In this document: in pieces, positions 39,263 through 49,742 of the stretch | Layout: each line of letters begins with the position of its first letter | Position numbering within the stretch: the first letter of the stretch is position 1 | DNA from: an uncultured Flavobacteriaceae bacterium | GTDB taxonomy: Bacteria > Bacteroidota > Bacteroidia > Flavobacteriales > Flavobacteriaceae | Reading direction: 5' to 3' | NCBI GenBank assembly: GCA_963710535.1 | Contig: CAVQAW010000001.1 | Location: 410-64,409, forward strand | DNA length: 64,000 nt | The notes under the pieces: model-generated | Seen by the model: only the letters and a program-made list of their open reading frames with translations | What the model was told of the DNA's origin: nothing | The model's database searches: none | Program-made: the position numbers and the translations under genes

Positions 39263-41272
39263 ATGGATCGGCTTCAAGAACATTTCGAACTTCCCTTGGA
39301 AAATCCTGTCTTGGTTTTTGCGCTGATCTTGTTCATTATTTTACTGGTCCCCATCCTCCTGAACAAAATTAAAATTCCTGGCATTATCGGCCTTATCCTG
39401 GCAGGTGTCCTGATCGGCCCGAACGGACTTCATCTACTCGACAAAAGCCTATTTGTAGAAGTGTTTTCCACCATTGGTCTGTTATACATCATGTTCATAG
39501 CCGGGCTGGAACTCGATCTGAACGAGTTTAAATCGAATCGGAACAAAAGCGTATTGTTCGGCATCTTTACCTTTATCATTCCCCTCGCCATCGGCTTTCC
39601 GGTATTCCATTTTTTTCTGGGTTATGATGTGTATGCAAGCCTTCTGGTGGCCAGTATGTTCTCAACCCATACCTTGGTGACCTATCCCATTGTCAGCAGG
39701 CTCAATCTGGCAAAGAACCAAGCTGTGGCCATTACCGTGGGCGGAACGATCTTGACCGATACCGCTGTTCTGATCATTTTGGCCGTTATCGTCGGCGCGC
39801 ATCAGGGCAATTTATCGATTTCGTTCTGGATCCGCTTGGTGGCGCTGCTCGCCATTTTTGTGGCTTTTATGGTGCTGGTCGTGCCAAGGGTTGCCAAATG
39901 GTTCTTCAAAAAAATGCCCACAGAGAAGTACTCCCATTTTATCTTTATCCTTTCGGTCGTCTTCTTTGCCGCTTTTTTGGCGCAAATGTCGGGGGTGGAA
40001 TCCATTATCGGGGCATTTGTCGCGGGGCTGGTGCTCAATAGGGTGATTTTGCCCTCCTCGGTTTTGATGAACAGGATCGAATTTTTTGGAAATGCGCTTT
40101 TCATCCCTTTCTTCCTGATCAGCGTGGGGATGTTGGTCGATGTTTCGGTGATATTAAATGGTCCTGAAGCGGTATTGGTGGCCATTACGCTTACCGCGGT
40201 CGCCATCTGCGGAAAGTGGCTGGCATCGCTCGTCACACAATGGGTTTTGAAGTACAGCGTTCTGCAACGACGCTTGATATTCGGACTGAGCAATTCGCAT
40301 GCGGCGGCTACCCTTGCCATCATTCTGGTGGGGTTCAGGGAAGGGATCATCGATATCACGGTTTTGAACGGCACCATCTTATTGATTCTCGTCACCTGCG
40401 TCGTGGCCTCGGTCGTCACCGAAAGGGCGGCCAAACACATGGTCGTGACGTCAGAAACGGACGAGAAAGCGATGGAAGCGCCGACTGGTGGGCAAGAGCA
40501 TATTTTACTCCCCATCGTGAATACGCGCAACCTTGACCGCATTCTTGAATTTGCAATGTTCATCAAGGAGAAGAAATCTGCGTCGCCCATTTCCATCCTC
40601 ACCGTGGTGCCGAACGATAAGGAGGCGGAAAGGAACATCGCTATCGCCAAGCACAAATTGGAACATTTGGTCACCGATACCATAGTGCAGGAATCGTCGG
40701 TGGAGGTCATCGCCAGTATCGATTACAATCCTTCCAGCGGCATCACACGAACCGCACGCGAGATCATGGCCGACATCATTATTTTGGGATGGCCTCAAAA
40801 AACCGGATTTATAGAGAAGATTATCGGCGAAAAAATGGACTTCATCAGTGCCTTGACCACAAAGACGCTCTTTATCTGCACCTTCGAACGACCCTTGGTA
40901 GAACATCGCAAAATCGTGGTGGCGCTGCCGTCCATGGCGCATCGGGAGACAGGGTTTCCGCTATTGATCTCGAAGGTGTCCCAGCTTTCGACCGCGCTGA
41001 ATTTGCCCCTGGTCTTTAGCTGTGACGCGCCAAGCCAGAAGATGATCGAACGGTTCACGGCACTTCGCAAGATCAAGAACGTGTTGATACAGCCGGCTCC
41101 GCAACAAAATGACAGCTATTATTTGCCTTCCACCATGGTCGACAGGGATTGCCTATACTTCGTGGTTTCGGCACGGAAGGATTCGGTATCGTATCTCCCG
41201 GTCATGGACAAACTTCCCGAAAGAGTAATGGATCAGTTCCCGAACGTGACCAAGATCATCATTTACCCCTAG
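39263..41272 (+). CDS. Cation:proton antiporter (CPA2-type) with a soluble C-terminal domain
   Basis: N-terminal transmembrane region with 'IGLLYIMFIAGLELDL', 'GGTILTD', 'IIGAFVAGL'; start MDRLQE at 39263. Confidence 0.85.
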   Translation: MDRLQEHFELPLENPVLVFALILFIILLVPILLNKIKIPGIIGLILAGVLIGPNGLHLLDKSLFVEVFSTIGLLYIMFIAGLELDLNEFKSNRNKSVLFGIFTFIIPLAIGFPVFHFFLGYDVYASLLVASMFSTHTLVTYPIVSRLNLAKNQAVAITVGGTILTDTAVLIILAVIVGAHQGNLSISFWIRLVALLAIFVAFMVLVVPRVAKWFFKKMPTEKYSHFIFILSVVFFAAFLAQMSGVESIIGAFVAGLVLNRVILPSSVLMNRIEFFGNALFIPFFLISVGMLVDVSVILNGPEAVLVAITLTAVAICGKWLASLVTQWVLKYSVLQRRLIFGLSNSHAAATLAIILVGFREGIIDITVLNGTILLILVTCVVASVVTERAAKHMVVTSETDEKAMEAPTGGQEHILLPIVNTRNLDRILEFAMFIKEKKSASPISILTVVPNDKEAERNIAIAKHKLEHLVTDTIVQESSVEVIASIDYNPSSGITRTAREIMADIIILGWPQKTGFIEKIIGEKMDFISALTTKTLFICTFERPLVEHRKIVVALPSMAHRETGFPLLISKVSQLSTALNLPLVFSCDAPSQKMIERFTALRKIKNVLIQPAPQQNDSYYLPSTMVDRDCLYFVVSARKDSVSYLPVMDKLPERVMDQFPNVTKIIIYP

Positions 41273-41353
41273 CGGACAACTCCTTTTTTTGTATTTCCGC
41301 ACTTCGGTTTAAAAACCTATTTTTAGGCCTGTTTAAAACCTAAAATAAACAAC

Positions 41354-43216
41354 ATGATCGAACTGGCGGGCATCATTATCCTAGGGATCATCGCCCAATG
41401 GGTGGCTTGGCGGTTGAAATTGCCCGCCATTTTGCCGCTCATATTGATCGGCTTGTTGGTAGGGCCGGTTGCCACCATGTTCACCGATGACGGTACCAAG
41501 ATCATCGAACCCATATGGAATGGCAAGAAAGGGCTGTTTCCTGGCGAAGGCCTTTATTACTTCGTTTCCTTGGCCATCAGCATCATCCTTTTTGAAGGCG
41601 GGTTGACCTTGAAACGCTCAGAGATCAGCAATGTTGGCCCCGTCATCACCAAGCTGATCACGGTGGGGTCATTGGTCACCTTTTTTGGGGCCGGTTTCTC
41701 TGCCCATTATATCTTTGGCCTGAGCTGGCAGATTTCGTTCCTGTTTTCTGCCCTGATCATCGTGACCGGCCCCACTGTGATCACGCCCATTTTAAGGAAT
41801 ATTCCATTGAAGAAAGATGTGTCGGCGGTCCTGAAATGGGAAGGCATCCTGATCGACCCCATCGGCGCCTTGGCGGCGGTTTTGGTCTTTGAATTCATCA
41901 GTGTCGGGGAAAGTGTGGGCTATACCCAAACCGCCCTGGTAGAATTTGGAAAGATCCTCCTTTTTGGCACCACCTTCGGCTTTACCTTTGCACATGGGCT
42001 TGCTTTCGCCATCAAAAAGAAATTGATTCCCCACTACCTGCTCAATGTGGTTTCCTTATCCACGGTGCTTCTGGTTTTCGTGGAATCGGACGTTTTTGCG
42101 CACGAATCGGGACTTTTGGCGGTGGTGGTGATGGGCATGGTCATGGGGAACATGAACCTCCCCAACATCAAGGAATTGCTTTACTTCAAGGAATCGCTCA
42201 GCGTACTCCTGATTTCCATCCTTTTTATCCTTCTGGCCGCCAACATCAATCTGTCCGATCTAGAGCTGATCTATACCTGGGAATCCCTCTACATTTTCCT
42301 GATCATCGTCTTTGTCATCAGGCCTTTGGGCGTTTTCATATCCACTGCCGGCTCTACCTTGAAATTCAATGAAAAACTCTTTATCAGCTGGGTCGGGCCA
42401 AGGGGAATCGTGGCAGCGGGCATCGCCTCGCTCTTTGGTTCCAAGTTATTGGCACGGCAAGAACCGGGGGCCGAATACATCACCCCCCTGGTTTTTATGA
42501 TCGTTTTGGGCACGGTGCTGCTCAATGCCACGACCGCAAGGATTTTCGCCAAGGTTGCCGGGGTTTTTCTCAAAAACTCCCAGGGCATATTGATCGTGGG
42601 GGCCTCCAGGTTGTCGAGGATCATTGGGGAATATCTGCATAAGCACAATCGCCATGTGGTGTTGATAGACAACAACGCGACGAATATTCAAAAGGCGAAA
42701 AAATTGGGCCTTGAAGCTTTCGATGCCAACATCTATTCCGATGCGCTTTCCGATAATATCGAACTGAACGATGTGGGGTATCTGATGGCCTTGACGGGCA
42801 ATCCGGACATCAATGAATTCGCGATCGATAAATTTGGGGACCAATTCGGCGAAAACGGAGCTTTCAGATTGATCAACTCCGAAGAGATGAACGACCCCCA
42901 GAACAATCCGAAGGAAGGGCTGTTTTCCCATACCGACGATTTTATCAAACTCATGGAAACCACCAAAAAATATCCATCGATCCACGAAATCGACCTGAAA
43001 GACAAGGCGCATTACGACCAATTGATCGAAATGACGAAAGCCGACGACGACATCATCCCCATTTTTTTGAAGGCTCCCGATGGCGATCTAAAGATCATCT
43101 CCTCTTTCAGCACCGACTTCGACGATATCAAGGAGGGGTATAAGTTGGTGTATCTGGGCAAAATGTTCAACAACGAAAAGGGGGACAAAGAAACGCAGCT
43201 CAAAAAGGAAGCCTAG
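41354..43216 (+). CDS. Cation:proton antiporter (CPA1/NhaP-type) with a TrkA-N domain
   Basis: 'ILFEGGL', 'TGPTVI.P', 'WEGILIDPIG', 'GPRGIVAA', C-terminal 'ILIVGA...HVVLID.N'. Confidence 0.88.
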   Translation: MIELAGIIILGIIAQWVAWRLKLPAILPLILIGLLVGPVATMFTDDGTKIIEPIWNGKKGLFPGEGLYYFVSLAISIILFEGGLTLKRSEISNVGPVITKLITVGSLVTFFGAGFSAHYIFGLSWQISFLFSALIIVTGPTVITPILRNIPLKKDVSAVLKWEGILIDPIGALAAVLVFEFISVGESVGYTQTALVEFGKILLFGTTFGFTFAHGLAFAIKKKLIPHYLLNVVSLSTVLLVFVESDVFAHESGLLAVVVMGMVMGNMNLPNIKELLYFKESLSVLLISILFILLAANINLSDLELIYTWESLYIFLIIVFVIRPLGVFISTAGSTLKFNEKLFISWVGPRGIVAAGIASLFGSKLLARQEPGAEYITPLVFMIVLGTVLLNATTARIFAKVAGVFLKNSQGILIVGASRLSRIIGEYLHKHNRHVVLIDNNATNIQKAKKLGLEAFDANIYSDALSDNIELNDVGYLMALTGNPDINEFAIDKFGDQFGENGAFRLINSEEMNDPQNNPKEGLFSHTDDFIKLMETTKKYPSIHEIDLKDKAHYDQLIEMTKADDDIIPIFLKAPDGDLKIISSFSTDFDDIKEGYKLVYLGKMFNNEKGDKETQLKKEA

Positions 43217-43217
43217 C

Positions 43218-44843
43218 CTATTTTGCGATCAACAACACCCATGGATTAGAATCGGGCGCCGTGAAACGGCCTTCGGTCACCTTGCCCAGTTTTTTCGGAT
43301 CCCCGGTTTTGGGATCGATCCAATGGTAGTTGAGGTCGTGGGGCAGGTTTTCGATTTCGATTTCCCCGCCATTCGCCAGATAAGCAAGGTAGATTTCCCC
43401 CTCTTTGGCCAATAAGGGCTTTCCCTTGGCGAGGTCCCATCGTTTTTCGATATCGGCCAGATCTTGGCCATCCAGGATTTTTCCTACCAGGCCCACATAA
43501 TTCGATCCTTCCAATGCCATGGCGCCCTGCCAGTTCATCGGCAGGTCGGTCCAAGCATCCCAACCGGTTTCATCAGGGGCTATTTTCCATTGCCAGAGTC
43601 CTGCCGCCCCGTACACCACCCCCATGGTGCCGCCGTGCATCATTTGCATCCAGGCTTCTTCCCCTTGCCACCAACCCAGGCCGTTCTGGCCGTTGTTCAT
43701 GCCCTCGTAAGTGGGCTCGCCATTGGCCACCGCCTTGGTGGGCAGGTTTTCGTACATTCTCTCTACCTTGTGGTACAGATGATCGCCGCCATGCCCCGTT
43801 TGGGCCCATTGAAAATCGAGCCATGCCGCCCCTTGGTGCGTTTTGTTATAGTGCATGCAATGCTTTGAAGGATCGTTTTTGGCCCATTCGGCGAGGTAGT
43901 CGTCGCAGGGATTGTAGTGCAGGCCCACGGGTTGGGCGTAGCAGTCCCATGCTTCCAGCATTTCGCCGCTTTCCTTGACCCCCGGATCGTTGCCGTCGTG
44001 ATCGCCCGCGATCAACCAAATGGCGGGCATGCTCCCATAGCGGGCCAGAAGATATTTGGTGTAGCGCACATATTCCTCCGGGGCGATCGTGGTACCCAGC
44101 ACCTGTAGCCCTTTCCACCCAAACCCATGAAAGACCGGTTGGTAGACCGGAACGATTTCATGTTCGATCAACTGGGCCACCAACCCATCGAAGTATTGGA
44201 AATAGTCGATGTTGATCTGGTTGAGATGCCCTTGCGACAGGTCACGGAATGCCCTTTTAAATCCTTGATCGGTATTGCGGGCATCGGGCCCTTCGGCCTT
44301 GGTATCGGGCTGTAGGGTCATCAGCAGGGCCGTGTTGAACCCTTTTTGCTGTCGGTCCTGGGCATAGATCGCCACTTGTTCGGTCGTGGCCCGGAACGGG
44401 ATGGCCCAAGGGGTATCGCCTACCACAAGAAAGGTTTTTCCCGAACGCTGCACCAGGTTCCTATGTTTTGGCGACATGCCCAAGGGTCCGTTTTTGATCA
44501 AGGTATTCGTGCCCGTATAATCGGTAGACACGAAAGTGCCATTTTTGTCGTGCAAGCCCGGGTCTTGGGCGTTGCTGGCAAATGACTGCCAGTTCCAGGT
44601 TTGTCCCGAACCGGTAGGCGCGAAGCGTATTTTCCAGGTTTGGCCACCGTCCCAGAAGGCGGGCCGTTTCAAGCTGTCGCCGGCAGCCGTTGTAAACAGG
44701 GCCCATACCTCCACATCGGTATAGGGATTGGCATAGGTTTGGGCGGCCGAGAGCACGATCTCATGGGTGGTAAATTGGGGCGTTGCTGCAGGTTGGGCCT
44801 GTACCGAGAGCACGAGCGGTAATAGGAAGAGCGAAAATTTCAT
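43218..44843 (-). CDS. DUF4038/DUF5060 apiosidase-like secreted glycoside hydrolase
   Basis: Signal peptide, 'FWDGGQTWKIRFAP', 'GDTPW', 'Y..DRQQKGFN', 'NGEPTYEG', 'HGGTMGVVYG', C-terminal 'WIDPKTG'. Confidence 0.75.
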   Translation of the reverse strand: MKFSLFLLPLVLSVQAQPAATPQFTTHEIVLSAAQTYANPYTDVEVWALFTTAAGDSLKRPAFWDGGQTWKIRFAPTGSGQTWNWQSFASNAQDPGLHDKNGTFVSTDYTGTNTLIKNGPLGMSPKHRNLVQRSGKTFLVVGDTPWAIPFRATTEQVAIYAQDRQQKGFNTALLMTLQPDTKAEGPDARNTDQGFKRAFRDLSQGHLNQINIDYFQYFDGLVAQLIEHEIVPVYQPVFHGFGWKGLQVLGTTIAPEEYVRYTKYLLARYGSMPAIWLIAGDHDGNDPGVKESGEMLEAWDCYAQPVGLHYNPCDDYLAEWAKNDPSKHCMHYNKTHQGAAWLDFQWAQTGHGGDHLYHKVERMYENLPTKAVANGEPTYEGMNNGQNGLGWWQGEEAWMQMMHGGTMGVVYGAAGLWQWKIAPDETGWDAWTDLPMNWQGAMALEGSNYVGLVGKILDGQDLADIEKRWDLAKGKPLLAKEGEIYLAYLANGGEIEIENLPHDLNYHWIDPKTGDPKKLGKVTEGRFTAPDSNPWVLLIAK

Positions 44844-44892
44844 GGGCTTTGCGATTACTTCGCATCAAGTTATGGAAAAAAGCAAAGCGGAA

Positions 44893-45126
44893 CTAGCCGT
44901 TGAAGGGCATCGTTTTCCAGACCGAAACCGTGATATCCTTGAGGGAAACGGGGTAGTTGTTTCCCGCCATCAATTCATAAAAATGCACCGCCGATTCGCG
45001 TTTGATCTTGTCTTCCAAAAGGGAGGTATCGATATCGCCGCTCTCCTGGTGCCAGATAAAAATGGAGTTCTGTTCTACCTGGATAATTTTGTGCTTGGCC
45101 GTAAATTGGGCAATATATGTGGTCAT
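44893..45126 (-). CDS. Hypothetical protein (77 aa)
   Basis: Clean ATG ORF filling the gap downstream of lepA; no recognised motif. Confidence 0.6.
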   Translation of the reverse strand: MTTYIAQFTAKHKIIQVEQNSIFIWHQESGDIDTSLLEDKIKRESAVHFYELMAGNNYPVSLKDITVSVWKTMPFNG

Positions 45127-45259
45127 CGGTGGGAGAAACGGTTACTGATCAGTGATAAACATCCGCCGCGGCAAAAAATGGTGCATTAACGGATTAAAAG
45201 TAATAAATAATTAAACTTTTTGTAAGAAAAATATAATAAGGGCCTGGGATGAGGTCTTT

Positions 45260-47056
45260 TTAATCGTTGAGCTTCAACACCGCCATAAAGGCCTGTTGCG
45301 GAATTTCAACATTCCCCACCTGGCGCATCCGTTTTTTCCCCTTTTTCTGTTTCTCCAACAGTTTTCGCTTCCGGGAGATGTCCCCGCCATAACATTTCGC
45401 GGTCACGTCTTTTCGCAGGGCCTTGATGGTCTCACGGGAAATGATCTTGGCACCTATGGCCGCCTGAATGGGGATATCGAACTGTTGCCTTGGGATCAGC
45501 TCTTTCAGCTTTTCACACATCCTTTTGCCGATGTTCACCGCATTGTCGAAGTGGATCAGGGCCGATAGCGCATCGACGGGCTGGGCGTTCAACAGAATGT
45601 CGACCCTCACCAATTTGGAGGTGCGCATCCCTATCGGGGAATAATCGAAGGAGGCATAGCCTTTCGACACCGTTTTTAAACGGTCGTAAAAATCAAAAAC
45701 GATTTCGGCCAGGGGCATATCAAAATTCAATTCCACCCGATCTGTGGTGAGGTAGGTTTGGTTGGTGATCTGCCCGCGTTTTTCGATGCAGAGCGACATC
45801 ACGTTGCCCACAAAATCGGACTTGGTAATGATCGTGGCCTTGATATAGGGTTCTTCCACGTGGTCGAGGGTCGAGGGATCCGGCAAATCGGTAGGGTTGT
45901 TGACGATCAACGGCACCTCCGGATTTTTCCGGGTAAAGGCATGATAGCTTACGTTGGGCACCGTGGTGATCACCGTCATATCGAATTCCCGTTCCAGGCG
46001 TTCCTGTATGATTTCCATGTGCAACATGCCCAGAAAGCCGCAACGGAAGCCAAAGCCGAGGGCGGCACTGCTCTCGGGGGTAAATACGAGGGAGGCATCG
46101 TTCAGCTGCAATTTTTCCATGGAGGAACGCAATTCCTCAAAATCTTCGGTATCCACGGGGTAGATGCCCGCAAAAACCATGGGTTTTACGTCCTCAAAAC
46201 CGGCAATGGGGTTTTTGGTGGGGTTCACGGCATCGGTGATGGTATCGCCCACCTTTACCTCCCGGGCTTCCTTGATGCCCGTGATGAGATAGCCCACGTC
46301 ACCGGCCTTTACGCTTTGTTTGGGAAGTTGGGCAAGCTTGAGCGTGCCCACTTCATCGGCATAATAGTTTTTGTCGGTGGCGACGAACTTTATTTTCTGT
46401 CCTTTTTTGATTTCTCCGTTGATGACCCTGAAATAGGTCTCGACCCCCCTGAACGGGTTATAGACCGAATCGAAGACGAGGGCCTGCAAAGGTTCGTCGA
46501 CATTGCCCTTTGGGGGCGGGATGCGCTCGATGATCGCCGATAGGATGGCCTCAATGCCGAGCCCCGTTTTGGCGCTTGCCGGGATCACTTCTTCCCTTCG
46601 GCATCCCAATAGGTCAACAATATCGTCGGTGACTTCCTCCGGCTCGGCGCTGGGCAGGTCTACCTTATTGAGCACGGGGATGATCTCCAGGTCGTTCTCA
46701 AGGGCCAGGTACAGGTTGCTGATGGTCTGTGCCTGGATGCTCTGTGCCGCATCGACCACCAAAAGCGCGCCTTCACAGGCGGCGATCGACCGGGATACCT
46801 CATAGGAAAAATCGACATGGCCGGGGGTGTCGATCAAATTCAGTACGTATTGTTCGCCATTGTAGGTATAATCCATCTGAATGGCATGGCTCTTTATGGT
46901 GATGCCCCGTTCGCGTTCGAGGTCCATGCTGTCGAGCAGCTGGTCCTTTTTTTCGCGCTCGGTGACAGAGCCGGTAAAGTCTAACAAACGGTCGGCCAGG
47001 GTGCTTTTCCCATGGTCGATATGTGCGATGATACAGAAGTTCCTAATATTTTTCAT
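45260..47056 (-). CDS. lepA: Elongation factor 4
   Basis: '[24 protein letters not shown]', '[14 protein letters not shown]', '[24 protein letters not shown]'. Confidence 0.98.
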   Translation of the reverse strand: MKNIRNFCIIAHIDHGKSTLADRLLDFTGSVTEREKKDQLLDSMDLERERGITIKSHAIQMDYTYNGEQYVLNLIDTPGHVDFSYEVSRSIAACEGALLVVDAAQSIQAQTISNLYLALENDLEIIPVLNKVDLPSAEPEEVTDDIVDLLGCRREEVIPASAKTGLGIEAILSAIIERIPPPKGNVDEPLQALVFDSVYNPFRGVETYFRVINGEIKKGQKIKFVATDKNYYADEVGTLKLAQLPKQSVKAGDVGYLITGIKEAREVKVGDTITDAVNPTKNPIAGFEDVKPMVFAGIYPVDTEDFEELRSSMEKLQLNDASLVFTPESSAALGFGFRCGFLGMLHMEIIQERLEREFDMTVITTVPNVSYHAFTRKNPEVPLIVNNPTDLPDPSTLDHVEEPYIKATIITKSDFVGNVMSLCIEKRGQITNQTYLTTDRVELNFDMPLAEIVFDFYDRLKTVSKGYASFDYSPIGMRTSKLVRVDILLNAQPVDALSALIHFDNAVNIGKRMCEKLKELIPRQQFDIPIQAAIGAKIISRETIKALRKDVTAKCYGGDISRKRKLLEKQKKGKKRMRQVGNVEIPQQAFMAVLKLND

Positions 47057-47144
47057 CCAGGTCGTTCCCGATGCTACGGGCAGGTTCAAGTAATACGGTT
47101 CGGGCAATGCGCTTGTGCGCTTAAGACCAAAGCTTAAGCAGTTG

Positions 47145-47152
47145 CAAATATA
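47145..47152 (-). promoter_or_regulatory. -7 promoter element (TATATTTG) for lepA
   Basis: CAAATATA on the + strand, about 90 nt before the ATG. Confidence 0.5.
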
Positions 47153-47293
47153 GCCTAATTAATTGACCCCGTTCCATGCCGATGAAGCAATTTCCATGAA
47201 GTACCATGCCCCGTGATGGTAGTTAAAGTTTAGGGGGTTAGTCCAATGAAGTGTTAATATTTTGTTAGATTTGAGGTTCAACCCAAATGAGAA

Positions 47294-49705
47294 GTGAGGC
47301 TTATATATCCGCTTTTGGTATTGTTTATGTTATGCTCGATCCCCCTTCTATCCCAAACCGCACAGGTTTCCGGCACGGTCAGGGACGGGATGAACGAAAG
47401 CATTCCCTTTGCCAGCGTATTTCTGCTCCAGGTTTCCGACTCCTCTGTGGTAAAGGGCGCATCCGCGGATGAAAATGGCTTGTTCACCATCGAAAACGTA
47501 TTGCCCGATCTCTATTTTATCCGCGCCAGTTATATCGGGAAAACTTCCGACTTGATCGCTATTGACATCCGCGGAGAGGTGAAGATCGGCGCATTGATCA
47601 TCGACCAGGCCGTTGAATTTCTCGACGAGGTGGTGGTGAATTCGGTAAAACCGCTGATCGAGCGCAAGGCCGACCGATTGCTCTTCAATGTGGAGAACAG
47701 CGTGGCCTCGCAGGGCAGTTCCTGGGAGGTGCTGAAACGCACCCCGGGCGTCATCGCCGTGCAGGATAACCTGCAGGTGCGCAACCAATCGGTCACCGTA
47801 TACATCAATGACCGGAAGGTGCAGCTATCCCCGCTGGAGGTGCGCAGCCTTTTGGAAAACCTCTCGGGGGCGCAGATCAAGCTGATCGAGGTGATCAACA
47901 ACCCGCCCGCCAAATACGATGCGGAAGGGGGGCCGGTACTGAATATCGTGATGGCGAAGAACATTGCCTTGGGCTATAAGGGCAATGTGAGCAGTACCTT
48001 TACCCAGGCGATCTTTCCGAAATATACCTTTGGCACCGCCCAATTTTACAAGACCTCCAAATTGAACGTCTTCGCTTCCTATACCTATGGCCCGAGCAAG
48101 GAATTCAAGAACGTGGACAGCAACATCAATTTTATCGACGATAGCGGTATTTTTTCGAGATGGGGGACCGATTTTGACAAGACCACCAGGGCAAGGACCC
48201 ACAACGGGCTGTTGAACCTCGACTATGCCTTCGATGATCGGAACGAGCTCCGCCTCGCCTCCAATATTCTGTTATCGCCCGACAAGACCTTCGACCAAAC
48301 ACAGGTCACCGAAATGCGGAACAGGCTCAACGTGCTCGATTCAACCTTTATCACCGGCAGTCAGTTGTTGGAGGACAAGAACAACCTATCGGCAGACCTT
48401 ACTTATATCCACCGTTTCAAGGAAGAGGGGAACCTGAGCCTGAACGGGCAATATACCAAGTTCAATTACGACCTTACCCAAGATGCGGTATCGGACTATT
48501 TCGATCCACAGGATCAATTCATCAGGGCCTTCGCTTTTTTTACCGATGCCAGCCAAGAGGTCGATATCTATACCGCCCAGCTCGACATCAGCTCGAAAAT
48601 GGGGAGTGTTTCCTATGAAACGGGGTTCAAGGGATCCTTCATCGATTCGAGGAGCGGCCTGGGATTCTATAACGTTTTGGGCACGGGGCGGGTCTTCAAT
48701 GCGGCCCTGTCCGACGATTACCGCTACGAGGAGAAGGTATATGCGGGCTATTTCAGCCTCGCCAAGGAATGGGAAAAATTCAGCATCAAAGCGGGCCTCA
48801 GGGCAGAACAGACCTTCAGCAAGGGGTCGTCGCTATCGCTCTCCAGCATCAACGACCTGCGCTACCTCGAATTGTTCCCCACCCTGTACCTGTTGCATTC
48901 CATCGATGAAAACCATAGCCTCTCTTTCGACTATTCCCGAAAATTGGGGCGGCCCAGGTACGAGGACCTCAATCCGTTCAGGGTGTACATCAACGAAAAC
49001 AATTTTGTGGAGGGCAACCCAAATTTGACGCCCTATTTCAGCCATAACTTCAACCTGAACTATACCCTCAAGGGGGAATTCTTCTTCGACCTGTATTACC
49101 GCGACAACGGCAACTATATCTCCACCCTGGCCTTTCAGGACAATGTGAACCTTACCTTAAGGGACATCACCCAGAACGTGCTGGCCAGTACATCGTACGG
49201 TTTTGATTTCAACTATGGAAAGACGGTGGCCCCTTGGTGGTCTTTGTACACCTATCTTTCCATCTTTCACGAAGAGGAGACCTTTTTGGCGCTGGAGAGC
49301 AACAACCAAAGGGTGATCAATGAAGTCGATGGCGCCTATATCGATCTGTCGAACTACTTTACCCTCTCCAAAGACGGCTCTTTCAGGGGCGAATTGGGAA
49401 TCACCTATTTATCGGGCTTTTTGGAGGGCTCCTACAAACAATCGGAGACCACCAATCTGGTGCTGGGGCTCAGGAAATCGTTCTGGGACCAAAGGGCCCT
49501 GCTCAGTATACAGGCGAACGACCTGTTGAACAAGGTCAACCCCAGGATCACCTCCAGGTATTTGAACCAGGACAACGGTTTTCTGTCGCGGCCCGAAACC
49601 CAATATGTGCGCATGGCCCTGACCGTGAATTTCGGCAATTTCAGGCTGGCCGACAACCAACGCGCCATCGAGAAGATCGAGCGGGAGCGGCTCGAGCCCA
49701 AATAA
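47294..49705 (+). CDS. Outer-membrane beta-barrel / TonB-dependent receptor-like protein
   Basis: GTG start with signal peptide, carboxypeptidase-regulatory-like N-domain ('VSGTVRD...IPFASV.L...G...DENG.F'), plug-like region, 'RP.YEDLNPF', 'GNPNLTP'. Confidence 0.85.
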   Translation: MRLIYPLLVLFMLCSIPLLSQTAQVSGTVRDGMNESIPFASVFLLQVSDSSVVKGASADENGLFTIENVLPDLYFIRASYIGKTSDLIAIDIRGEVKIGALIIDQAVEFLDEVVVNSVKPLIERKADRLLFNVENSVASQGSSWEVLKRTPGVIAVQDNLQVRNQSVTVYINDRKVQLSPLEVRSLLENLSGAQIKLIEVINNPPAKYDAEGGPVLNIVMAKNIALGYKGNVSSTFTQAIFPKYTFGTAQFYKTSKLNVFASYTYGPSKEFKNVDSNINFIDDSGIFSRWGTDFDKTTRARTHNGLLNLDYAFDDRNELRLASNILLSPDKTFDQTQVTEMRNRLNVLDSTFITGSQLLEDKNNLSADLTYIHRFKEEGNLSLNGQYTKFNYDLTQDAVSDYFDPQDQFIRAFAFFTDASQEVDIYTAQLDISSKMGSVSYETGFKGSFIDSRSGLGFYNVLGTGRVFNAALSDDYRYEEKVYAGYFSLAKEWEKFSIKAGLRAEQTFSKGSSLSLSSINDLRYLELFPTLYLLHSIDENHSLSFDYSRKLGRPRYEDLNPFRVYINENNFVEGNPNLTPYFSHNFNLNYTLKGEFFFDLYYRDNGNYISTLAFQDNVNLTLRDITQNVLASTSYGFDFNYGKTVAPWWSLYTYLSIFHEEETFLALESNNQRVINEVDGAYIDLSNYFTLSKDGSFRGELGITYLSGFLEGSYKQSETTNLVLGLRKSFWDQRALLSIQANDLLNKVNPRITSRYLNQDNGFLSRPETQYVRMALTVNFGNFRLADNQRAIEKIERERLEPK

Positions 49706-49742
49706 GGGCTTTAGGACTTCAAGCGCTGTTGCACACTTCCCT

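Noticed and set aside
47170-47225. Recurring CCATG / ATGAAG words upstream of the beta-barrel gene
   Set aside because: Too short and irregularly spaced to support an operator call.
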